DNA of 48,036 nucleotides, filler included, from an uncultured virus (IMG/VR IMGVR_UViG_2061766007_001949) (Duplodnaviria; Heunggongvirae; Uroviricota; Caudoviricetes). It is 4 parts of one record of this genome, joined end to end, with 100 filler letters (N's around TTAATTAATTAA, not from the genome) between each part and the next. Parts side by side here need not be neighbours in the genome. Positions count along the whole stretch, not along the records: positions 1 to 6,504 come from IMGVR_UViG_2061766007_001949; positions 6,605 to 32,764 come from IMGVR_UViG_2061766007_001949; 2 more parts are not named here. One strand, given 5' to 3'. Each line of letters opens with the position of its first letter. Position 1 is the stretch's first letter. The position numbers were made by a program, and so were the translations under genes. This document shows, one piece after another, positions 1 through 9,311 of the stretch. Under the pieces are notes generated by a model that was not told where the DNA came from, did no database searches, and saw only the letters and a program-made list of their open reading frames with translations.

Positions 1-2727
1 GGTGTGATATGGTTGAAATGCAAGGTGTCAAGTGAGCCTTTGGTTTCGGCGACGAAGTAGATGTGCTTGACGCTGCCCTCGTAAAAGGCGATCGCCCAGT
101 CGGGGTTGTATTTGCCGACCGGCGTGGAAATGTAGAATCCGCCGGGGAGTTTGACATAGACGGCTACGTCATTGCTTACGTCCAGCTCTGAGGCAAATTG
201 TCTCTCGTTGGCGGAATCGTACAGGACATAATTGTACAGGTGCTTGTTCGCTTGCATGGCATTGACATCCAGCCTTCCTCTGGCGGACGAATCGGCGAAA
301 ATCGCGTCCGCGTCGTATCGCTCGTCCAGAACATGATANNNNNNNNNNNNNNNNNNNNNNNNNNNNNNNNNNNNNNNNNNNNNNNNNNNNNNNNNNNNNN
401 NNNNNNNNNNNNNNNNNNNNNNNNNNNNNNNNNNNNNNNNNNNNNNNNNNNNNNNNNNNNNNNNNNNNNNNNNNNNNNNNNNNNNNNNNNNNNNNNNNNN
501 NNNNNNNNNNNNNNNNNNNNNNNNNNNNNNNNNNNNNNNNNNNNNNNNNNNNNNNNNNNNNNNNNNNNNNNNNNNNNNNNNNNNNNNNNNNNNNNNNNNN
601 NNNNNNNNNNNNNNNNNNNNNNNNNNNNNNNNNNNNNNNNNNNNNNNNNNNNNNNNNNNNNNNNNNNNNNNNNNNNNNNNNNNNNNNNNNNNNNNNNNNN
701 NNNNNNNNNNNNNNNNNNNNNNNNNNNNNNNNNNNNNNNNNNNNNNNNNNNNNNNNNNNNNNNNNNNNNNNNNNNNNNNNNNNNNNNNNNNNNNNNNNNN
801 NNNNNNNNNNNNNNNNNNNNNNNNNNNNNNNNNNNNNNNNNNNNNNNNNNNNNNNNNNNNNNNNNNNNNNNNNNNNNNNNNNNNNGTCATCCGACGTGGC
901 TTCTTTTTTGTTGGTGATCTTGCTGTCGGTCACTTTGCCCTTGCCGTCAACGGAGAAATATCCCGCGTGTGTTTTGCCTGTGTCAATGCTGCGCAGGTAT
1001 GTTTCATATTCTTCCTCGCCTATGCCGAATTGCCATTGGCTCAGAATATCCTCATATTCTTCCTCGAACATCTGCGCGTACAAGCCGTTGACCGGCTGTC
1101 CGGCTTCATCGTATTCACGGTATTTCGCCACCTCGTCAATAAAGAACAGGCTGAGTACCTTGATTCCTTTGCGGAAAAGCTGACGTTCACGCTCGATGTG
1201 GGACAGAATCGTTTCGCGTATCTGAATGCGGCGAAGCTGATCTTCGTCCACCGCGCCGATCACATCTCCGGCACAGATTCTGATGCCGTTGAGGAACTCC
1301 ACCGAACTGTCGCGCCCGTCAATTTGTTTGATGACAAAACCCTGTTTGTATTCCTCCAATTCATTGGAATACACATAGAGATTGTCGCCGATTTTGCAAA
1401 TACGGCTCTTTTTCTTGGTCGTGCCGTTTGCCATTTTGACCTCAAACTGCAAGGTCGCTGTCGGATCACTGGCGGAAAGATTGATGCTTTCCAGATAAAT
1501 GTAGCTGTCGGTGGCGGTGCTGCCGGTTTCGGTAATGCCCTTGACGGCAATCTTCTTGACAAGCCGCTTGTTGTAAGCCTCCATTGCGTCCAGACGGTAC
1601 ACCATATTATAAACGCTGTCGGATTTATGGGTGGCGGAATAACGCAGCGTCAGCAGCGGACAGAATTCTCTCAGTCTTATTTTTGTCTGCTTGCCCTCGA
1701 CGGACTGCGGCTCGTCGATGATCAGCACGGGATTGGTTTTGGCAATCACGTCGATAGGACGGCGGGAACGGAATTCATCCAGCTTCATGTAAATCCTTCG
1801 GGCGTCCTTACCTTTTGCGTTGAACGCCTGAGAATTGATAATCATGACACGGATGGCACTGTCGGAAGCAAAGTGATCTATTTCGGAAAGCTGAGAGGAA
1901 TTGTAGATGAACGCGGTGATCTTCTTGCCGTATTCCTCGGCAAAATGCTCCTGTGTCATCATAAAGGATTTATACACGCCTTCACGAATCGCAACACTCG
2001 GCACAACCACAATAAATTTCGTCCAGCCATAATGCTTGTTCAATTCAAAAATGGTCTTGATATAGGTGTAGGTCTTGCCNNNNNNNNNNACCCTCACGAA
2101 TGGCGACGCTCGGCACAACCACAATAAATTTCGTCCAGCCGTAATGCTTGTTCAATTCAAAAATGGTCTTGATATAGGTNNNNNNNNNNTCCGTAATGCT
2201 TGTTCAGTTCAAAAATGGTTTTGATATAGGTATAGGTCTTGCCGACGCCGGTCTCCATTTCAATGGTGAGATTGTAGCTCCGTCCGGTCTTTTCCAGTTT
2301 ATCGGACGGCTTCAAACCGTTGGCACGCTGAATCTCCTGCAACTGTCTCAGAATCTTTGCATCGGACAGTTCGGGAATAATAGGGGTATTGCTCCAGCCA
2401 GTGAATTCCATATTTCGGAGAGAAGTCTGCGCCGACTGATCTCCGCGGTCTATCAGATAAGAATTGGTCATGTACGGCTGTCCCGCAAACACATCGACAA
2501 CCGCCCTNNNNNNNNNNCTGTTTGAGAATCTTTTCATCGGACAGTTCGGGAATAATAGGGGTATTGCTCCAGCCGGTGAATTCCATATTTCGGAGAGAAG
2601 TCTGCGCGGACTGATCTCCGCGGTCAATCAGATAGGAATTGGTCATATACGGCTGTCCCGCAAACACATCGACAACCGCTTTCGCCGCGTCCGACTGGAA
2701 CTTTTGATATTTATACTTGATCTTCAT
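1..2727 (-). CDS. res: Type III restriction endonuclease Res subunit (gapped, several overlapping strain-variant fragments; 3' end runs off the window)
   Basis: Start [11 protein letters not shown] at 2727 with GAAAGG RBS. Walker [13 protein letters not shown] and Walker B IIDEPQ. The C-terminal fragment 1-338 reads [25 protein letters not shown]...YFVAETKG, a PD-(D/E)xK nuclease. Lies downstream of mod. Confidence 0.93.
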
Positions 2728-2755
2728 AAATAAGCCTTTCTTCAAGTGTTTCTTC

Positions 2756-2827
2756 AAGTGTTAAGTGTTGAGAGTTAAGAGTTAAGTTTTGCAAAACTCA
2801 ACACTCAACTCTTAACACTCCACACTA
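2756..2827. repeat. Heptamer-repeat inverted repeat (5x RAGWGTT-like, then 5x AACWCTY-like)
   Basis: aagtgtt aagtgtt gagagtt aagagtt aagtttt gc aaaactc aacactc aactctt aacactc cacacta, read directly. It overlaps the stop codon of the four-helix-bundle gene. Confidence 0.9.
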
Positions 2828-3184
2828 TTCTTCGCCTTGTACGATGGTTTTTGTGGTAGCGGTCAACATTCTTTTGATTTCTGCGCAATCCTGATTCATG
2901 GATTGATACATTTCTTCAGTTATGTAATCCGTATGTCTAAGCAAATCAAGCCAATACATCGTTTCATTACATTCTTTCAACGCAATATACACTTTAGACA
3001 GAAAATCCTTACGACTAATCGCCGACTCCGCTTCCGCGAGATTAGCACCAATACTTGTCCCACTTCTTAAAACCTGCTTGGAAAGAACATACTCTTTTTC
3101 TTCTCTACAAAGATACTTATACAGATTCACAATTCTGATTGCAAACAATTTACTCTTATAAGCAACAGTCTTCTCCTTATCCAT
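2825..3184 (-). CDS. Four helix bundle protein (23S rRNA IVS-like/Avd-like family)
   Basis: KSKLFAIRIVNLYKYL...SKQVLRSGTSIGANLAEA...SRKDFLSKVYIALKECNETMYWLDLL matches the family signature. ATG at 3184 with GAAAGG RBS. Confidence 0.92.
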   Translation of the reverse strand: MDKEKTVAYKSKLFAIRIVNLYKYLCREEKEYVLSKQVLRSGTSIGANLAEAESAISRKDFLSKVYIALKECNETMYWLDLLRHTDYITEEMYQSMNQDCAEIKRMLTATTKTIVQGEE

Positions 3185-3201
3185 AAAAAACACCTTTCTA
3201 T

Positions 3202-3280
3202 AAGTGTTGAGAGTTAAGTGTTGAGAGTTGAGTTTGTGAACATTTATAACTTAACTCTTAACTCTCAACACTCAACACTT
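3202..3280. repeat. Second heptamer-repeat inverted repeat, upstream of the four helix bundle gene
   Basis: aagtgtt gagagtt aagtgtt gagagtt gagtttg, loop, ataactt aactctt aactctc aacactc aacactt. It abuts the mod stop codon at 3280-3282. Confidence 0.9.
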
Positions 3281-3477
3281 TATATCACCTTCACCCTTGT
3301 GTCGGGGGCAAGCATTTTGAAGATTTCGCCGACGTTGATTTTGGCGGGGCTNNNNNNNNNNGGGGAAACACTGTTTCCCCAATTCGTTTGCATGAGATTT
3401 CCGAGATGCCGTCTCGGAAATTCGGAATCGTCGGTAATTCATCGTGGTTATAAGACAGGAAACGCACNNNNNNNNNN

Positions 3478-3522
3478 TGCCGCATCCGCCTGAAACTTTT
3501 GATACTTATACTTTATCTTCAT
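3478..3522 (-). CDS. res: Res 5' fragment, alternative allele
   Basis: ATG at 3522 gives [15 protein letters not shown], the same N-terminus as at 2727 with nucleotide differences. Confidence 0.85.
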
Positions 3523-3616
3523 TACTCAACACCTTTTGGTTAATGCAATTACTTAATTCGGAATTCGTAATGCGTAATGCGGAATTATTGCATGACGAAC
3601 TGCATTGCGAGTTACT

Positions 3617-3657
3617 TACTTTGAATTGGGGAAACACTGTTTCCCCAATTCAAAGTA
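3617..3657. repeat. Perfect 20-bp inverted repeat with 1-nt spacer overlapping a mod stop codon
   Basis: TACTTTGAATTGGGGAAACA-C-TGTTTCCCCAATTCAAAGTA. The core recurs at 3362-3384. Confidence 0.9.
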
Positions 3658-3751
3658 TTCTAACATTTTTTTCAGGATTCATTTCCGGTGCAAGCATTTT
3701 GAAAAGCTCAATAGCGTTGATTTTGGCGGGGCTGTCGGCGAAGCTGCTGTC
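3650..3751 (-). CDS. mod: Mod 3' fragment, alternative C-terminus
   Basis: DSSFADSPAKINAIELFKMLAPEMNPEKNVRIL*, versus ...KINVGEIFKMLAPDTRVKVI* in the other alleles. Confidence 0.85.
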   Translation of the reverse strand, partial: DSSFADSPAKINAIELFKMLAPEMNPEKNVRIL

Positions 3752-3808
3752 NNNNNNNNNNTTGAAGGAAGTTAGTATTTATATTTTCGCTCATCGTATT
3801 ATCCTCCA

Positions 3809-5339
3809 TCATATCACCTTCACCCTTGTATCGGGGGCAAGCATTTTGAAGATTTCGCCGACGTTGATTTTGGCGGGGCTGTCGGCGAAGCTGCTGTCAC
3901 GGAACACGGCGCGGAGAGGCTTGCGCTTGGCGATGGTTTTAATGACGGATTCGGGGACGTTTTCATCGAAACAGGCGATCAGGTCGCCGTCGTTGTAGGT
4001 GTGAACGGTGCAGCCATCAATGTTCTCGGACGTGCAGGGCATGGAGAGAGGAAGTCCCCATTCAATCAGACAGCCGAACAGCAGGTCGAGGTCGGTGCGG
4101 TCGCTCTTGATATTNNNNNNNNNNGACGGTGCAGCCGTCAATGTTCTCGGACGTGTAGGGCATGGAAAGCGGAAGTCCCCACTCTATCAGACAGCCGAAC
4201 AGCAGGTCGAGGTCGGTGCGGTCGCTCTTGATATTGGACTCCATCATGGTAAGCATATCCTGTGTGTACTCGCCCGCGCTGAAATACACGTCGTTCATGT
4301 TGCTGTCGGCAAGTTTCAGCACGCGGAAACCGGTATCCAAATCCTGTGTGGTCAGCGGGCTTTCGTCCTTGATTTTCTGACCGGCGCGGCGAATACGCTC
4401 TTTGCCGATTTCGCAGATGGTGGAATAACCTGCCTTGTATGCCTCGCTCTTTTCGTCACACGGTTCGGGAAGCTGCACCATGATGAATTTACGGTGTCCT
4501 CCGTCCTCCGCGTTAAGCTGCATGACCGCGTGGGCAGTTGTCGCTGAACCTGAGAAGAAGTCAAGGATAATGGAATCTTTTTCAGAGCCTACAATTAACA
4601 TTTGTTTGATATAAGATACTGGTTTAGGGAAATCAAACACCTTTTCATCTTCAAAAATCAATTTAACCTCTCTTGTAGCAGTTTGATTGTGCCCAACTTC
4701 TTCGCTTAACCATAAAGTGTTTGGTGTTCTACCGTCCTGAACATCTGCTAAAAACCTTTTCTTTCGTGGAAACGCATTGCCATCAGCACCAAACCAAATT
4801 TGATTATCGGCAACAAGCGCTTTCAAATTTTCTTCTGAATAAACCCAATGTTTTCCCTGTGGTACATCAAAACTTTTCCCAGTTATCGGACTGACAATAA
4901 GAAAATGTCCATTACTTCTCTCTCCACTTGCAACCAAATCCCCCGATTGCCATGGACCTCTCGGATCATTATCTGGATTCTTATACCTGCTATTCATATC
5001 TTCTGTTCTTGGAAGCAATTTAAGGGAAAATAAATCAATTCTTTTAGCATATACAAGTGCATATTCGTGATTATCTGAAAAATAGCGTGCATCGTTTTTT
5101 GTACTATGGATTTTTTGCCATACAATAGTCGCAATATAGTTGCTTACCCCAAACAACTCATCGCATATTGCACGCATATTTTTAATTTCATTATCATCAA
5201 TTGAAATAAAAATAACACCGTCATCCGTCAGCAGATTTCTTGCCAGAAGCAGACGGGAGTAGATCATGCTGCACCAATCGGAATGGAATCGTCCGTTGCT
5301 GTCGGTGTTTCTGAAAAGGCGGTTTCCTTCCTCGTCAAG
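3809..5339 (-). CDS. mod: Type III methyltransferase Mod, C-terminal region with TRD allele 1 (fragments)
   Basis: GRFHSDWCSMIYSRLLLARNLLTDDGVIFISIDDNE...FPKP...ILDFFSGSATTAHAV (motif I)...KERIRRAG...VFRDSSF. Confidence 0.93.
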
Positions 5340-5349
5340 NNNNNNNNNN

Positions 5350-6302
5350 GGTGGAATAGCCTGCCTTGTATGCTTCACTCTTTTCGTCACATTGTTCGGG
5401 AAGCTGCACCATAATGAATTTACGGTTTCCTCCGTCCTCGGCGTTAAGCTGCATAACCGCATGGGCAGTTGTTGCTGATCCTGAGAAAAAGTCAAGGATA
5501 ATGTCATTTGAATTAAAACCAATCATTTTCATTGCTTGTTTTATTAAGTATACAGGCTTTGAATAGTCAAACACACCACTGTTGCCAAACAAATTATTAA
5601 TTTCACTGGTTCCGTTTTGATAATTGATTTCACTATCTTCCCATATTGATTTGGCTTTTGTCCGTCTTACTTCTCCTCTTTCCAGATAGTCTTTTTGATA
5701 GATATCCCAAACAAAAGTATCCTTCCGTTTTATTCGTTTAGCTATTAATAATCTCGAATTTTCTTCTACTTTTTCTTTACTCCATCTCCATGTTCCATCT
5801 TCCATTGTAGTAGGTTGTACAGGGACAGCTTCTTCTGTAAATCCATTTTCTTTAACTAATGATATTTCTTCTGTTTCTGGATTTACATATATTGGAAAAT
5901 ACAAATTTGGTCGTTCACTTCTTCTCCAAAATCCACCTCTCATTCTAAGACCCAAAAGACGATAAGCACCATTTTCATCAGAGAACTTATATTCTGATGT
6001 CATATCATCAGACAATTCATGACCTATTATATTTGCTTCGATTCTTTTTTTTGAATATAGCAACAGATATTCATGAAGATTTGCAATTTCAGATTTGGAC
6101 ATTGAGCCTCTTGGATTGCTTTTGATAACAATATTTCCCACATGATTTTCGTAACCAAAAGTTTCGTCACATATTTTAACGAGGGATTCTACTTCGTTCT
6201 CATCTATCGAAATAAAAATAACACCGTCATCCGTCAGCAGATTTCTTGCCAAAAGCAAACGGGAATAGATCATGCTGCACCAATCGGAATGGAAACGTCC
6301 GT
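5350..6302 (-). CDS. mod: Mod fragment with TRD allele 2
   Basis: Same conserved flanks (GVIFISIDENE; IILDFFSGSATT) around a different, AT-rich central region. Confidence 0.9.
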
Positions 6303-6420
6303 NNNNNNNNNNTCCAGTTTCAGCACACGGAAGCCGGTATCCAAATCCTGTGTGGTCAATGGGCTTTCGTCTTTGATTTTCTGACCGGCGCGGCGAATAC
6401 GCTCTTTGCCNNNNNNNNNN

Positions 6421-6504
6421 AGACTGTGCAAAATCGTCACGGTAAATGAAATCATTGCCGGTATTGTAGGGCGGGTCGATGTAGATCATCTTGACCTTGC
6501 CGAG
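6421..6504 (-). CDS. mod: Mod fragment with intact catalytic motif IV
   Basis: LGKVKMIYIDPPYNTGNDFIYRDDFAQS. Confidence 0.9.
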
Positions 6505-6548
6505 NNNNNNNNNNNNNNNNNNNNNNNNNNNNNNNNNNNNNNNNNNNN

Positions 6549-6560
6549 TTAATTAATTAA
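6549..6560. other. Artificial contig-join linker (also at 32809-32820 and 47839-47850)
   Basis: TTAATTAATTAA (stops in all six frames) embedded in N runs, three times. Confidence 0.95.
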
Positions 6561-6604
6561 NNNNNNNNNNNNNNNNNNNNNNNNNNNNNNNNNNNNNNNN
6601 NNNN

Positions 6605-6628
6605 TGTACTCTTTGGTAAACCTATCAA
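6605..6628 (-). CDS. 5' end of a probable DUF4391-family protein
   Basis: GGGGG RBS then TTG, giving MIGLPKST. This resembles the MLGLPKST start I recall for DUF4391 proteins that follow this helicase in type III R-M operons. Only 8 codons are visible. Confidence 0.5.
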
Positions 6629-6643
6629 CTGTAATCCCCCTTA

Positions 6644-6790
6644 TCACTTTACCACAAGGAAGCAAATCAGTTCAAAATCATCAATTCCCGACACTTCCGA
6701 GAGAAGTGCTGTCGTACCTCCGGCGCGGAACAGACTGTCTATATCGCTGTCGGCTTTGACATGGATGATGGATTCAATCGCGTCGTTGAG
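6644..6790 (-). CDS. C-terminal fragment of an SNF2-type helicase of type III R-M-associated operons
   Basis: LNDAIESIIHVKADSDIDSLFRAGGTTALLSEVSGIDDFELICFLVVK*. C-terminus recognised from memory of this family. Confidence 0.65.
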   Translation of the reverse strand, partial: LNDAIESIIHVKADSDIDSLFRAGGTTALLSEVSGIDDFELICFLVVK

Positions 6791-6800
6791 NNNNNNNNNN

Positions 6801-7759
6801 TCGAAAGCCGGTATCTAAATCCTGTGTGGTCAGCGGGCTTTCGTCTTTGATTTTCTGACCGGCGCGGCGAATACGCTCTTTGGCAATTTCAGACAATACA
6901 TGAGGGACACCATTTCTGTCGCAAAGGGAAATTGCATTTCTTAATACTGTTTTTTTGTCGTTTGAGGCATATTCAAGATTCCTGTCAAGGTTTTCTGGTA
7001 ATTGAATCATGATGAATTTTCTATGTCCGCCGTCCTGAGCATTCATTTGCATAACAGCATCGGCAGTTGTTCCAGAACCACTAAAAAAATCCATTATAAT
7101 AGCATTATTATTCTCTTTAACCAATCCAATAATATATTTTACTAATTTTACTGGCTTTGGCGTATCAAAAACATCCTCTGGCATTAGTCCAAGTAATTCA
7201 TATTTGGCTTGTCTATTATGCCCAGTAACTTCTAGGTCAATCCAGAGCGAAGAAGGCGGTAAGCCTTCCATATCACATAAATAAGTTCGACGTTTAATAT
7301 TGGTTTGGTCAGCATTAAAATATATTTCTCCACTCGCCATTTTCTGCTGCAATGTTTCTTTTGACCAACGCCATCCATTTTTTGGTGGTTCAATAACAAA
7401 ACCATTTGGTGCAGTAATCGTATAACGTAAGTTTTCTCTATAATTTGGCGAATTAAGTGGATTCCCATCAAACCAAGGACCTTTAGGATCATCATCTGGG
7501 TTTTTAAAATGCTTTCTCTTGCTCTCATCCTGTATTTTTTCTGGTTGCCATAGAGGTTTCTTAGAATATATAAGGGTATAATTGTGATCTCCAGAAAACT
7601 GCTTTGCATCATTATTGCTATTATCCGATGATCTCCATATAGCAGAACAAACAAAACAAGACTCTCCAAATACTTCATTACATATTTTTACAAGATCTGA
7701 GTTTTCATTATCATCAATCGAAATAAAAATAACACCGTCATCCGTCAGCAGATTTCTTG
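6801..7759 (-). CDS. mod: Mod fragment with TRD allele 3
   Basis: DGVIFISIDDNENSDL...TPKP...IMDFFSGSGTTADAV...KERIRRAGQKIKDESPLTTQDLDTGFR. Confidence 0.9.
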
Positions 7760-7849
7760 NNNNNNNNNNGGGAAAGCATATCCTGTGTATATTCGCCCGC
7801 GCTGAAATAGACGTCGTTCATGTTGCTGTCGGCAAGTTTNNNNNNNNNN

Positions 7850-7987
7850 ACCGTTGCTGTCGGTGTTTCTGAAAAGGCGGTTTCCTTCCTCGTCAAGCTG
7901 TCCGCTTTCCTCAGCATATTCGTCGGCTGACTGTGCAAAATCGTCGCGGTAAATGAAATCGTTGCCGGTATTGTAGGGCGGGTCTAT
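7850..7987 (-). pseudogene. mod: mod copy truncated at its 5' side at the IDPPY motif (probable integration junction)
   Basis: Near-identical to the intact copy (6421-6477) up to 7984, then unrelated sequence with no N gap. Confidence 0.7.
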
Positions 7988-8030
7988 AAAGACGTAATCT
8001 TTGATACAAAGCAGGCCGCCGGGAAAGTGT

Positions 8031-8081
8031 ATAAAAATAGCGAAAACCGCAGAAAACAAGACGTTTCTTGCGGTTTTCGCT
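8031..8081 (-). terminator. Probable intrinsic terminator downstream of mcrC
   Basis: 13-bp perfect inverted repeat AGCGAAAACCGCA (8039-8051) / TGCGGTTTTCGCT (8069-8081), followed by ATTTTT on the minus strand. Confidence 0.6.
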
Positions 8082-8234
8082 GTATTTGTCGTTATTCAAT
8101 TGGCCCCATCAGACCCTGTCTGGAGCGCGGCTGATGCCGTTGCTGTCGCTTTCGTGAGGCTGACTCAGGGAATAATTAAAAAGTATGCCATAATTAAAAG
8201 GTTCAGGCAAAATTAAAAGGTATCCTCAGCACGG

Positions 8235-9311
8235 TCAGCTTACATCTCGTGAGCTCTGCTCTCCAAAGTGTTCATCGACGATTACGTTCAGCTGCGCGGT
8301 AATATCGGAGAACTCCCGGTTCAAATCAAGCGTCCGGACGCTGACTTTATTGCCGCTCATGTGATAGGTGTTGTCCGGCTGGATGAGCTCATCCGTCCGG
8401 GCATACAGTAGCATGCCAGAAACCTCATGCGGACGGTCTCCAAATTCCATATCCTTGTTTTTCACATAGGTGAAAATCTGGTACAGGTTATTCGAGTGAA
8501 GCGTATGGACATCATATTGTGCCTGCATCGTGTGCGTGTAGTATTTTGCGTCGATAATCAGCACCCGGTTACCCTGCGTGAGCATGATGTCACTCTGCAT
8601 CACCGGCAGTAAGGTTCCAACGCCATCGTCCAAGGCCCACGGGATTTGTGAGGCCGTTGCTTTTACCTGTGGGCATTCCTTTGCGTAGTATTCGAGAATG
8701 AACTTCTCATACAGCCTGCTCATCCGCTGCTCGTCCACAAAGGAGGCCAGCCGGTACTCGCCGCTGTCAGTGCTCATGAGCATTCCTTCCAGTACCAATT
8801 GGCACAGGCTGATAAGCATCCGGTAGGTATTATTGTTGCGCTGAAAGCGGATGGAGCTCCATCGAATTGAATCAGGGTCAATGGTGTCCACATTGGAGAA
8901 AAAGAGCATCTCTTTCTTCAGGTCGGTTTTATAATCTTCGCTCACCCGTGCATGCCGCAAAAGGAGCATGACCGTCGTTTTCAGAATTTGATTGAGCAGA
9001 TTATTCTCCGACAGCTCATCGTATTGGCAGGTCAAGACTTGCTTGCGGGCAAGGCGATTCTGAATAGTACCCGGCATATCGATTTTTCCGCGCACAACAG
9101 GAAGCGTTTCTGTCCGGTTCATGTACTCCCGGTATAAGCCCTGCTTCAGTTGTCTTCCGATACCTTTGGCCAGTATTGCGGCAAAAAGATTATGGAGATT
9201 GTCGAAATCCTCGGTCGCAACATTCTCATAGCCACCCTGATTCAGCGTGGTAAACGCATAGGACAGCATATAGTAAATGTTTTTGATGAGGATGCTCTTA
9301 TCCTTGGTCAT
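8235..9311 (-). CDS. mcrC: McrC restriction subunit
   Basis: KNIYYMLSYA N-terminus; LYEKFILEYY; PD-(D/E)xK core MQSDIML...IIDAKYY; NLYQIFTYV. Overlaps the mcrB stop (ATGA). Confidence 0.93.
   Translation of the reverse strand: MTKDKSILIKNIYYMLSYAFTTLNQGGYENVATEDFDNLHNLFAAILAKGIGRQLKQGLYREYMNRTETLPVVRGKIDMPGTIQNRLARKQVLTCQYDELSENNLLNQILKTTVMLLLRHARVSEDYKTDLKKEMLFFSNVDTIDPDSIRWSSIRFQRNNNTYRMLISLCQLVLEGMLMSTDSGEYRLASFVDEQRMSRLYEKFILEYYAKECPQVKATASQIPWALDDGVGTLLPVMQSDIMLTQGNRVLIIDAKYYTHTMQAQYDVHTLHSNNLYQIFTYVKNKDMEFGDRPHEVSGMLLYARTDELIQPDNTYHMSGNKVSVRTLDLNREFSDITAQLNVIVDEHFGEQSSRDVS

Noticed and set aside
2825..3184. Avd-like protein suggesting a diversity-generating retroelement
   Set aside because: No reverse transcriptase and no template/variable repeat pair with adenine-specific differences is visible in the window.
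2756..3280. Repeats as a CRISPR array
   Set aside because: These are 7-nt tandem units forming hairpins, with no unique spacers and no cas operon.
6549..6560. TTAATTAATTAA palindrome occurring three times
   Set aside because: Artificial six-frame-stop contig linker inside N runs.
4125..7987. Phase variation of mod by simple sequence repeats
   Set aside because: No such tract is visible and the 5' part of mod is missing, so this cannot be supported.
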